A DNA stretch of 53,742 bases, counting the filler, from Sphacelaria rigidula (taxonomy: Eukaryota), in assembly GCA_964200075.2 (NCBI GenBank). It is 4 parts of 4 records of this genome, joined end to end, with 100 filler letters (N's around TTAATTAATTAA, not from the genome) between each part and the next. Parts side by side here need not be neighbours in the genome. Positions count along the whole stretch, not along the records: positions 26,928 to 40,285 come from CAXNAA020002938.1; positions 40,386 to 53,742 come from CAXNAA020002939.1; 2 more parts are not named here. One strand, 5' to 3'. The notes below the pieces were generated by a model, which saw only the letters and a program-made list of their open reading frames with translations, was not told where the DNA came from and made no database searches. The number at the start of each line of letters is the position of its first letter. Positions within the stretch are counted from its first letter, which is position 1. Positions 34,374 through 46,192 of the stretch are shown here, one piece after another. Made by a program: the position numbers and the translations under genes.

Positions 34374-37160
34374 TAGCGTCGGCCACCCCAGAAGAACAAC
34401 GCCATCCGACCCTGGCATAATCGCAAGCGAGATCGGAAGCAACGGCGTCAGCCCCCAAGCAGTCTTGAAGGCTAGCTGCAACGGAACAGTACGCTCCGTG
34501 ACTGAAACATGCTGATCTAACGCGGTGACTGCCTGCCGCGCCCCGAGCAAAAACGGGATGCGCAGCGGCACACCCGGAAGTTGTCGCTCCAGCATCTCAA
34601 CCTGTGCACCAGCAGAGTAGTGAAATGGGCGCCAGAATCCAACACGGACCGAACCACAATGGCTCCACGCTGCCGTTGATTCGGAAGATATAACTCCGCC
34701 GGAATGTATCTGTCGGCAAGCTCCACAGGAAGTTCTTCCGCTGGCCTATGCGCCGCTAATCCCACTTGACGCCACGGCTGCGCAAGCTGCGCAAGCTCCG
34801 CAGGCTCTGCAGGCGAAGACGCCCCGGCAAGTTGAAACGGCACCGCCGGCGGGTACACCCCCCAGCTAGAAAACGAAGAATTCAGCGATCCTTCGACCAG
34901 CGCGTCAACAGGCGTCGCGTCTGGCGCTGCTGCCGGTGACGCCGCCGGCGCCACCACTGGCGCCGGCGCCGGCGCAGTGTTCGACTCTGTGGAAGTCGGG
35001 CCCACCTGCACCCGCTGCGGAGCAGCAGCACCTACGGCCGCGCTGGACCCAGAGCCAGGCCCATGCTGACGCCGCTGTCCCTGCTGCTGCTGATTCTGCT
35101 GCTGCTGCGGCTGCTGCTGAGGGCTCGCCTCCGATCCTCCATCGCCGGAGGATCCGCCGCCGCCATCACGATTACCTCGTATTTTGCCCTTGTGCTGACG
35201 ATGCTGATGGCGCGCGGCACTAGACTGCCCAGACTCTCCACCGCAAGACTTTGGGCAATCGCACGCGTTATGGCCGACCTGGCCACAGCGGTGGCAAGTA
35301 ATAATCGCGGCGCGACCAGCCGATTTCGAGCCATGGTTGCGCAAAGATTTCGGCGAAGAGGTGGACGACTGGCCGAATACGTCTATTTTCCGCCACTCCT
35401 TGGCCTCGGCCACAACGGTGCTCATCACCAGGTACGGGTCGTCCTTCCAATCTGATTGGTGTTACAGCTTGACAAGCACGGCTTGCTTGAAATTTTCCAG
35501 TGCCAACCCCTCCACCAAAGCCTCAGTGATTACTGCTGCCGGGCCGGGAATGAACTCTCCATCGGGGGAACGATATGCTAGTTCTGTGTTCGTATTTTCC
35601 GTGAAGTACTTCTCTAGATTGGCCAAGATGGGCTCCACACGCTCCAACATCGTTTTCCGCCGAGAATCCATTGCGACAGCTTACGCCACGGCCGTGGACG
35701 CTTGGGTCAATTCTACCTCGGCGCCCGCCGCATGCTCAGCATGATTTTTGATCGCCGCAATCAAATGCGGCGAGGTGAGAGTGCCTCATTATGTTCCAAA
35801 CGAGCGAACACTCTTTGTACATGAGTTGGCACTTGTTGTGCCATAGTCACCACCTAATGCCGCACGGCACCCCCTGCATTAGCGTGCTCCACACGCTTCT
35901 TGTATTCCAAATACTTCGTGTAAAATGTGCGAGATGCACTCTTTGAGTACCTGTCCCGTACTGGGGAGGTCGCAATTCTTACCGCATGACAACGGGTGTC
36001 ACGGTGGACGTACCTCGTAAGCCGGTGGCCATAGCTGTAGCTGTAGCCGACTACCTCCGAATTGCTGCAGGCCAGCGGACCTTCGTGAATTGCACTTTCC
36101 TTGCTTCGTCGCTGCACCACACAGTCGTAGGAGCCTCCAAATTTCTGCTGCACGCAGCTTCAGCAAGTCTCTAGTCTGGATCAATCACAGGCCAGCCGCG
36201 TTTCTGCAGCCACCACCAGCTTGAACCCCCGTCACGCGTCCGTGATGTCAGGTTGTCCCCAGCTGCCAGACTCACTCCGCCGAAATCCTTTTCAGTAGAT
36301 TTCTAGCACGAAGACTAGCACTAGCAATAATATCGATATTGTGACGCCAGCCAGTGGCAGCACTGTTGGATCACTGCTGTTGAGGGACTCCCCAGTCTTA
36401 CTGGCCTCAGTTTCAGTTGTCAGCCTTTACGATATTCTCGTTATTCAGGAGTGACCTTCCAGGGCACCAGCTAGACCTGCCGATACCATATCCGTGTCCC
36501 GGGTCATTATGCAGAACCCTCCGGAATCTTCGTGCCCTCAGTCTTTATCCATATCATCACTATCAGCTCAACGTAACGGCGTATTTTCGTCACAGTGCAC
36601 AGCAAAAGAGGGGTTTGGCGCGTTTGGCGTAGCAGTTGACACACCGTGGAACAAAGCGTGCAAGCGAACGCTGCAGCAAGCAGCAAGCAGCAAGAGTCTC
36701 AAGTCGCAGGCAAAATGCACAGAGTAACACGGGGGGGGGGGGTTACAGTAGCAGCCGACTGACTAGTGAGCTAAGTACCACTGAGCTGAGTAGAGTTTGA
36801 CTATGCAACAAAACGAAGGCCGGAAATGGAAAACTTGTCGGGTGTGGACCTCGCGCACTAGAGGCGGCACAGGTAGAGAACAACCAGTTCTAAATGGGAA
36901 ACGCAATGTCAAAAGAAGAGATTCCTTAGTCAAACGCCAGTGTAATGGGGGTAGGCCGTGTGTATGGCAAACACGCCTTACTGGGCAAGGCAGAGGACCA
37001 AACAGGAGGCCTAACAAGCAAACTGCGAGGCAGAACAACTTTGCACGTACCAAATGATGCTTACAGTGTTCACTTGTTCTGTGTGCTCAAGGTGTCAGAC
37101 TTAGTTTCGCGCGTAGTTATGATACTATGTCTTCTTGATTTCTTAATCCTTGATCTCCCT

Positions 37161-39694
37161 AGCACTGTAATGGGTGTGTCTGACCCCCCAAAATGGGCAA
37201 AAAACGTGTCACTGATCAAAATCACGAACAGGTCGACTTTTGGGGCTTATCCAGGCTCGTCGGGTAAAATGTGCCTAACGCCATCGGAAGAGAACGACGT
37301 GGGTCCAAACTTCATATAGAAAAAAAGTGGACTGCATTCTCAAATCAGAACCCTGCCGTTACTTCCGTTGTTTTTCCTCATACATTGCATGTCACTGCCT
37401 CGCTTTTCGTCCGCGTTTGCGATGCGCTGGATTGCCTGAAGGCTAGTTGGCTTGACCCAACCCAACGTACAACGAGAACACTCGGACAAAGGCGGTATAC
37501 ACATTCCCTGAAAAACGTGAGGCCTTGGAAGACTCCAAATCGGCGATTTCAACGGAAACACGTTCTGCGCACACGAGGAGGACACGGCGGGACTGTCAGC
37601 CCTACGTGAATTCCGATTCTCGTTGGACACACTCAAATCAAATAATATCAACCACGAACATTTGTAGCCAGACGCCGGTAACTGAAACCAGAACGCTGAA
37701 CCATTTATTTTTGGGAACGCAAATCGAAATTGGGCGAATAACATGTGCTCAACATGCGACAGAGCCATATGTACTGATGAACCTCAACGAGGACGGTCCT
37801 TGCACAGACGAGTGGAGTATAGTCGCCGGGCGTGTGATATGGGCTAGGCGGATATTGGTCGACCTCCTCGTCATTTGTTGAGGAGCTTGATTTATCGGAT
37901 CCCATCGTTCCACATTTTTAGCGGATGAATGACTCGCCTTGTGCAAGTGTACTTGCTGTTCCATGGGCATGGCTTTTCATTTCATAAATATACATGAACT
38001 CTAGAGATATTATGCTCCAAGAGGCCATAGACTCTCAAGATGTTGTGTTCCAAGAGCAAATGAAAACAAACGGCCGCCCGTCACCCACCGGTGCCGATAC
38101 AACAGACGCGTGTCTCAGAACGGGGGGGTGCACTGAAATACATGAATGGGGTTTCGGTGCCATGTGGCTTTATTAAAAGTGGGCCGACGACTTTATGCTG
38201 TCCTTTGTGCCGTCTTGATGCAGTATAGTTGACCATTTGGGAGGGTAAGTTGCTTCATATTGACTTTAGTGTGGATCCCGAAATCCGGATCTCTCGTGGG
38301 AGATGTGCTCCTAGCATGCTCCTAGCGTGTCCACAACGCGTTTCTGTCGAAATTTGCTCCTGGGGCGCCGATTTTTAGGTCTGGCAGCACACACTTCTCC
38401 GAGGGAAGAAGTTGCACCCGCCTTGCCCGAGGGTTCTCGGCATGCCTTCGTTGTGGTTAGGGTTGTGGTTAGTGTTATGATTTGTTCGCTTCGCTGCTGC
38501 ACGGTCGCGAAGACGATTCTTGCTTTCGTTCGTGCGACTAATAATCATGTTCATGACGGCTGTTGGAGTGTGTTGCCATTGCGGATACTGCTCTCTCTTG
38601 TTTAACGCCAGCTTGCTCTGTGGCTTTCGTTTCTCCTTCAGTTCAGAGCTTGCCCATACTTGCCGCCAGGTGGGATTAGATACTAACCTAAGCTATCGAT
38701 GGTGGCGTGGTGATAGCACCGGGTGCAGGAGAACCAGCGCTACTCTTGCCACTATCACGAGCGATGCACAGACGGAGGTAAACGTCTCACAGCCACAGAA
38801 GCCTCTAGGGGTTCGGTCGAAGGTTCAAATTTTACACCTGCCGAAACTTCCACACATCCGACGTATCAACCATCTGCACTATCAAGAGTCATTCATGGAT
38901 GTAATCTATTTTGAGGCCGTTTGACAGGGGTGAGGTTTTTGCATGTCGTAGAAACAGGCGAGGGCTGGAGGCGCTTGTTTGCGCTCATAGCCCAAACGGT
39001 TACCCCGATTACTCGTCGCCAAGACCATCGATTGAGATGCGATTTTTGCATCATCTGCGCCAAGACGACAGCTACCACTTGATGCGTCGATTGTTTTCAT
39101 CTCATCGGGATCCGGGTTTTATGACAAATTGAGCAAAAAATCATGTTTTGCTTTTGCGATTTTCTCGATCACCATAATAACTCCTTTGGAGTCATGCTAC
39201 GATAGGGGGGGGGTGTTCGATTCCACGAGCAAGTTGGCTCATAGGTGCGTCAGATGACCCCACACACTCGCGATGCGCTTGTATTTGGATAAAAGCGATG
39301 TCAAATAGTATAAATGAGCGGTATAAATCGGAAGCAAGCGCGTTCAAACTACCGTTGCTGCTATCAACGACGATCGCAAGTAGAACTTCGTGGAAGAAGG
39401 CGGCCCAAAATACCCCTCCCTATCGTAGCATGACTCTTTGGTTCCACAATGATATCATTTTGTAGCTTCGACTAATACGCGCCGGTGAGTAGCCAAGGTA
39501 CGCTGTGGTTCGTTGTCCGGGACGACAAAAATGAGAAATCGCTGAGTGGAAACCCCAGTCAAATCACGAGGACTTTGGGGGATTTTACGGCGTGCATAAT
39601 CAGGGGATGAGTGAGATCCCCGGTCTGCTCGTGCTTTTGTCGGTGACACTTTTTTTGCCCACTTTGGGGGGTCAGACGCACCCATAACTGTGCT
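37161..39694. mobile_element. 2.5-kb DNA transposon remnant with ~70-bp TIRs (Mutator-like or CMC-like)
   Basis: AGCACTGTAATGGGTGTGTCTGACCCCCCAAAATGGGCAAAAAACGTGTCAC matches the rc of 39640-39694. The flanks TGATCTCCCT / CAATCTCTCT could be a decayed 10-bp TSD (7/10, all transitions). The interior has no intact ORF. Confidence 0.7.
39189..39436. mobile_element. Sola-like MITE (GAG...CTC termini, 4-bp TSD)
   Basis: TTTG|GAGTCATGCTACGATAGGG ... CCCTATCGTAGCATGACTC|TTTG. The same terminus recurs at 33951-33975 and, degenerate, near 53239. Confidence 0.8.
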
Positions 39695-40285
39695 CAATCT
39701 CTCTTGCTCAATCAATCAGTTTCACCGAGATGTGAGAGTTTCCTTGGTCGGAATGAGGCGAAGTGCGCTGAGCGGGCTCAGCTTACTTATCTATCCCTGC
39801 TATATACAAGTTCACACTCGTATCTGACCAACCCTAAATAGACCTGCAGTCTTAAAATAACCCGTAATGCAATGCAATCTAGCTGGACCCGTCAACGGGT
39901 CTGAGGCGGCATGACAACAGGCTAATATGCTCCTCATGACACTAAATCAAGTGATGGTTGATTGTGTCTCTGATTTCATTTTCATCGGCCGTAAACCGAA
40001 GCAGCGCTATTTTCGGGCGACAACATCAGTCACAATGGCGGTTTGGTGGCTGTGATGTGATAAAAGTGAAAGCACCTTGTGGAGGTTGTAATGGTGTTCA
40101 CCAAGATTATTCCAGGTTCAGACCTCTGCGTACGTTGTTTGTTTACTCAGCTCAGCAGCGCAGGCTGACCACAATCGCTCTCGTGTTGCTTTCACAGAAG
40201 AAGACAACAAGCAATTAACAACAAATTGTGCGAATTGAGGTTTAACTTCGAGATGAGGCTCAAGCCCCAACAGTGCTTTCCCCAC

Positions 40286-40385
40286 NNNNNNNNNNNNNNN
40301 NNNNNNNNNNNNNNNNNNNNNNNNNNNNNTTAATTAATTAANNNNNNNNNNNNNNNNNNNNNNNNNNNNNNNNNNNNNNNNNNNN
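40286..40385. other. Artificial contig linker
   Basis: N44-TTAATTAATTAA-N44. Confidence 0.98.
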
Positions 40386-40458
40386 GTCTCGAAAGGGATG
40401 CGTGGTCAATGGTCAAATGACTAAGGCAAGCAACAAATGAGTACGCCCCCCCCCGCCC
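40386..40458 (-). repeat. Dispersed repeat family with a poly-G end (copies at ~25720-25757 and ~47520-47595)
   Basis: The shared sequence is GGGGG(C)GTACTCATT(T/C)GTTGCTTGCCTTAGTC, extending to TTTGACCATTGACCACGCATCCCTTTCG in two copies. Confidence 0.8.
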
Positions 40459-42168
40459 TAGCGTTGTAGCTACATTCCACTGCATTCTCGTGCGATTCTC
40501 ATCTGAGGCACAGTGTTCATCTGGAATTTCCACCTAGGATATTGTGTCTATCAAAGATATCCATCTGCAATATGGATCTCCCGGATGGACGTCTGACATG
40601 AACATCCCACGTGGGTCTGGTATCGGAGTTGGACGTTCGTATCCCGGGTTGATGCCCATACCCCAGATGGACATTCCAGGTCGATCTAGTATTCCAGACG
40701 GACTTCATATCCCAGATGCACATGGATATCCCATGGATATGATACACCAGATAGAGTTTGCACGATTGTGCAAGGCTCCCTCTAGCTGTTGTGGCTCCTG
40801 CTATGTGCAGCATCTGACGGTCACCTAGTCACCGTAATAAGCAGCTAAAAACCTATCACCCCTCAGTCACCTCTGAAACTGCCGTAACAATTTGAACGTA
40901 ATCGGCACATCTTGTCCAGCCGAGCGTACCAAAAGGTTTGGCCACTACTCTTAAGCGGAAGAGTCGAGGATGGTGACCGTGATGACTTCAGGCTGCCTCC
41001 CTCAGTCGTATCGCGTCAAGAGGTATCGCAATAACCCGTGACCCGGGGGAATAGTCAGCGCTGTAGTCTTCCACCTCGATCGCTGTTCTTGTGAAATTCT
41101 CATACACAATACCGATGACCCCGAGGTTCGATTCTCATACGCAATCAGTCTTGGCCGGTTCTTGTATAAAAAAATGCATAAAAAAGAACACATCTGAAGC
41201 CTCAAACATGCTCGAGGTATGAGGCTGCACGACTTTGATACTAGGGTCAGAATCGCTGACTACAGAGTTGGCAAGTCTGAAGTGGGCGTCAGGGTCCGAT
41301 GACTTGACATATTGATGAGCCCACGCATGGTACGTTGTATGCAGATGTTGCAGTGACCACAGAGCTAAAGGGCCGTCTCTGACAGTCTAGCTTCACGGTT
41401 TTCGTGACATATCAACGGTGTGCACGCAGCCTATTGGAGAGGGTTGATGGTGGCGTGGGTAGCTGCTGACTACATTATTCCCTGAACTCATTTCTACATG
41501 CTAAAACTGACCTGGGATTGGATCTGAAGCGTTGCAACAGTTCTCTCGAGTGCCATCGGACAATGGAAAAAATAATTCGCATTTTTTATTTGACTGATGG
41601 GCACTGCGAAACTTGTCTTGGTGGGTTTGGCGTGAACCCCGTCATTACCAGCTAGCTAACACTTTGCAACTCCTCATGGACGTTGAACAAGCACATTTTC
41701 CTCCTGTGGCTTCTCAACGGCCAAGGAAATGACACTATGAGGACGTTTGTCCTCGTGAGCATCCCCGACAGGCGCAAATCCCTCTGGATTCGTGTTGCTG
41801 AAGTCCTGTTGACCGTAAGTGTTGACATATCGTAGTCTGCATTCTTCGATCCGTCTATTGGTCATGAAACGAACTCTCCGCCTTCGAAGAAACTGCACTG
41901 GTTGCCATAAGAAACCTGAGCGTCAAAATGTTTTTGAAGACGGCTGTCCGCTGCTGCACGTTCGCGTAGCATCTTGTGCACACGCACGCGTGAACTGTAG
42001 GCCCGAACTTTCTGGTACTTTTTGTGCGGAATCTATCCATCGGGACATTATCCTACCAGAGATACCGATCACTGTGCCATAACTATTTCCCACTTCTCCT
42101 CGTTTTCTGTGCTGATCCCGCATCGCCTATCTCATTGGAATGATATGCCGCTCGTGTAACTCGTGCAG

Positions 42169-45100
42169 GCGTTGAAAAAGAAGAACATCAGGTACTGCTT
42201 TGTCAAGATTGGTTCGAATACGGATAAGGTACGTGCGAGGTCGGATACGGGGAAGGGTAGCTTCCAAGCATGCCACCAAGTAGACATGTTACGACCAATT
42301 ACCTGTATTTGGCATCCAATACAACCCCTGCATCTATGTGCTTCTTTAGCCTATTCTGGGGTATCGAAGTTCATTTGATCTCTCCACGCGGGGACTTGAA
42401 CGCATCCCGAAGGTTGGGATGTGTCAAACAGACATGAACCTTGAACGTAGACGACAATCTAGGATAATATTGTTCATCCGAGACTTCCACTGGAGATATT
42501 TTCGGATCCACCGGAGACGTTGACCGGGGACATGAACGTCCACATGAAAACTCTGTCTAGCTGGGACACTTCCCCGGTGAAGATCCAACCCAACCCGAAA
42601 TCCGGTCTGTGAACGCAACCCAAACCCAAAATACATTGATATTTTGGGTGTGCCTGTAACTACATGTGTAGGTTGACAAGCTCTGTTAGGACTCGGTACA
42701 ATATGCTGATAGAGTAGGTCTGCATTGTCACGCAAGCCCCATTTGCAATGTTGACACCCGTCTTGGACGCTTATCCGGGGTTTGTTCCCCGTCTCAGATA
42801 TAAACTCGGAATAAAATGTTCACTCGGGAGGTGTAGCAATACCTGGGATGTGGGTATCCGCCCTTGATAGAGGCTGGTTCGCGCTTATCACCCAAACTTG
42901 TGTCATCAGCAAATAAATTTCGCAATATTTAATTAATACTTGCATACATGTTGTCATACTGACCGCCATGGACAGATAAAAAGCGTGATATAGCTGGATT
43001 TGTGTTTAACGCCACAGTGGTGGCGCTACGGGCGAAAAGGTATCTCGACCAATCAACGCCTTTCAAACTGTACTGGAATGAAAATAGAATTCTAAACTCG
43101 ATTTTCACCCAGTCTCCACATACTTCAAATCGTAGTAACTATCACCAACTCGGTAGTCGAATGGAAAAATTATACACGGAAACGGTTACTACGGGGTAGA
43201 AATACGCAAAGCAATGGTGTAAGGAAATATGTACAAATTTTAGTCGAGAAACTCGAACACCCCATACAGTTTTTCTCGCCTTGACGTGGAGTTCACCCCC
43301 AAAAGACATTTTCACACTAAAACCAAGTAATCAAGAGTTTTCATGCTCAAGGTCACGTCATCGCACGAACGCGCAAACCTTAACGCCATTTCCGGGAGTA
43401 GATCCTGAAACCTTGCACAAATGTGCGTTACGCAACTTTCGGTGGACGGTTTGTATTTTAAACGCATTTACCCTTTGTCGGGCATCCGACGGGCTCCAAG
43501 TTTCCCCCGAAACTCTGGTACACCCGAAAAACGGAAAAAATAGTCAAGAACTATAGAAACTCTCCGACCTTCGAAAGGTGCGCGATGACCCATAGCAAAA
43601 TTATGCACAACTTCAGGGTCCAACCCCTAAAAGTGGCATGATGTTTCCTGAATTAGTTATTTTAGGCTGATGAGCGTGAACCAGCCTGCATCACTCTGGG
43701 GCATAGATGACGTTTTCTGGGATATTCGTCTGTACCATTCTTGAACTGCTGACTTTCAGTACTGAGATATCAACACTCACCGCGCAGCGGCGGTACGTTT
43801 GGACCACCGTGCGGTGTCACGGGCAGGTCACACACATGGGGTAGCGTCCTCCGGAAGAGCGTGTACACGGTCAAGGCGTACGCCTTCATTTTGCGCGTGC
43901 TGATGGTGCGCCGTAAGTCCGGTGCACATAGAAATGGTCAACATCCCAGGTATACACTCCAGATGTGCGTGGAATCTCGGATGGATTCTCACATCCCATG
44001 TATACCTGGGACTCCAGTGGGGGCGCCTGAGGCGATTTTAATATCCACATGAGTTTTCACAAGAATCTACTGTCAAGTGTGATGGTCAACTTCGCGGCAA
44101 AGCTTTCGGTGTGAGACAACACGCCCAAAAGGCCGCGATAATTTCTTTTGACCAGAAAGTTGCTGGCCCTTTCTCTCGTCATATGTATATAAGCCTGAAA
44201 CACGAAACTATCCCCCTCAGTACGTCATAGGTTTGTAGTGCCGAGACAGCTGACGTCCTCCGAACCATCCGTAGCTGGCGTTTCTGCATCTGGCACTGAA
44301 TTTTCCCTCAACTTCAAAACTCGTCACTGAGGCACGGCGGCAGCACAATATCAAGTCGTTTCCAGCAGCTACGAAAAGCTTCTCGAACACGGACGACATT
44401 CCTGAATCTGAACGCTCACGTTATTCTTTCCGTCGTCACTGCTGACATTTCACCTGTACCTGTATTGGTGTATGTTCGTTTCAGATGATTCAAGCCTTCC
44501 ACACCCTGGCGAAATGTGAAGATTTCCCTACCCAGGTACGATTGACCGGATATGTTGGGGTGAGAAGAACACCTCAGTGTCGTTACTCGAAGTTGCCCAT
44601 ATATGGTGAAGGGCCTGGCTGGCTGAATGTACTAGCATAACCGCATGACATTTCGCACGTGCGACTTCCCTCGTTTTGATCCATTTCCCCACACGGTATG
44701 TCTAATGGTGTGTGACGCCGCGATAGCCCCACTCTGAAAAGTGACTGGTTAGAGGAGGCAAGCTACATACGGATTAAAATAAGAAGGGCCGAGCACACCG
44801 AGCAGCTGGTAACTCTCACGCCATGCCATTGTTACACATGGAGGTGCTCCGCGCAGTCTGAAACCAGCTATCACGCTCTGTATGGCCATTTCCTTCGTGA
44901 AAGTTTCAGGGCTGACTTGGGGGCAGGGGCTATCGCGGCATCACTCTGGTGGTGACAACGGCAAAACCGGGAGAGACAGGGGACAACGCAAAACAAAACC
45001 GTGGGACGTGGTTTGTTTCGCATTACATTGACACTGCCACCCCCTCCACTCGACGCACGACACCCGCAGTACACAATTTCGGAAGACCTAGGTTCGAGGA

Positions 45101-46161
45101 TCGTGGCTTCCCTGACACTAGGCCCGACTCGGACTCTTCCGGCCGCTGTGAGCAGAAAAGTGGAATCAACAGGGGATGGACCACAGCGCACCACGACTTT
45201 GCCAGTAAAGGTGCGTCAGTCCGAATCATAAACAGAATAACGAGAAATATACTCAGCGTGGCTCGTTGTGTTCTCGAAGATGTACTCGACTCGAGCTTGC
45301 AGAGAGAGCAGACGCAAAACTATCCCAAAGCGCACCTTCATACGGAACATTCCTTCCCCTAGCCCCCCTCCTGGTCGCACAAAACCCGTCAAGGTGAGCC
45401 ACCACGGTGTTGTTATCCTCTGTCGCATATGAACCCTCCAAGTACTTGAGGTGGAGCGTGGGCAAGGGAAAGAAGTATTCTCCCGCCTTTTGTGTCTATT
45501 TTATCTATTTACTACATATGCTTCGTACAAGGGTTTGCCGTAGCCACAACCATGTGTTGCTGTGTTCAATCGTGGGACCAAGATTCTATTGAACGCAGTG
45601 CCTTCCTGTTGTTACCGATAAAGCACGTGCGGGTGCTCATGGTTTATGCTTCTCACTGTATCGCTCACAATTCTCTCCATGCCGACACGGGTATCAACCC
45701 GCGTTCCACGTACTTGACACGTTGTGGCCGTAGCACGCATTGTCATGCGGTTCGGCATGCTGATTGTCCGCCACTTGTGTTGAACGCTTCTAATCGCCCA
45801 TGACTATGCTCCCTTCCTCATACCGAGACTGGTGACACCGACCTCTTGAAACTGCAACAACGATTTCAGGCGGCCTTGCCTCCCGGTATTGGCCACCCGG
45901 TGGTACAATATCCGAAGTCTTCGGACACGGAGGGCCACCTCAAGAATGGACTAGCGTCTCCAATCATGCAGTCGGCAACAGTGACGACTGCTTCTGTGTC
46001 AGCATCAACACCTACCACCCGGGCACCGAGTCACGGTGGAGAACTTGGCGTTGCTGACGAACCTCCTCCGCCATACGACGCCGTGACAGAGAGTCAGGAC
46101 CCCTGGATACTAACTAAAGGGTATGCAGTTGCCCTGAGGAGTATGAACGTACAGGAGCCAC

Positions 46162-46192
<31 letters not shown>

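Larger units (their letters stand above)
31593..35900 (-). pseudogene. Disrupted gag-pol of the Gypsy element
   Basis: Fragments 35462-35671, 34517-35428, 33380-33751, 32705-33163, 32438-32632, 31912-32475 and 31593-32021 are separated by stops, frameshifts and two MITE insertions. The RT core (no YxDD) and most of RNase H are missing. Confidence 0.88.
30879..36594 (-). mobile_element. Ty3/Gypsy LTR retrotransposon, internally deleted and decayed
   Basis: LTRs at 36340-36594 (TG..CA) and 30879-31133 differ by about 15 mismatches in 255 bp (hand count). A PPT-like TTGGGGGTGC precedes the 3' LTR. The minus-strand order is gag (CHRCGQVGHNACDC), protease (VLDSGAHFT), RT start (WSSPDMAFPRK), RNase H start (CHWGSLVMQ), then integrase (AH..DAGHRG..CLHC, FDFLYV, DDLSNFV, YSPWSN). 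Confidence 0.93.

Noticed and set aside
41260..41330. Upstream vWA exon of the alpha-kinase (LASLKWASG / DEPTHG-like)
   Set aside because: The two motif-like pieces are in different frames with stops, and I could not build a valid exon.
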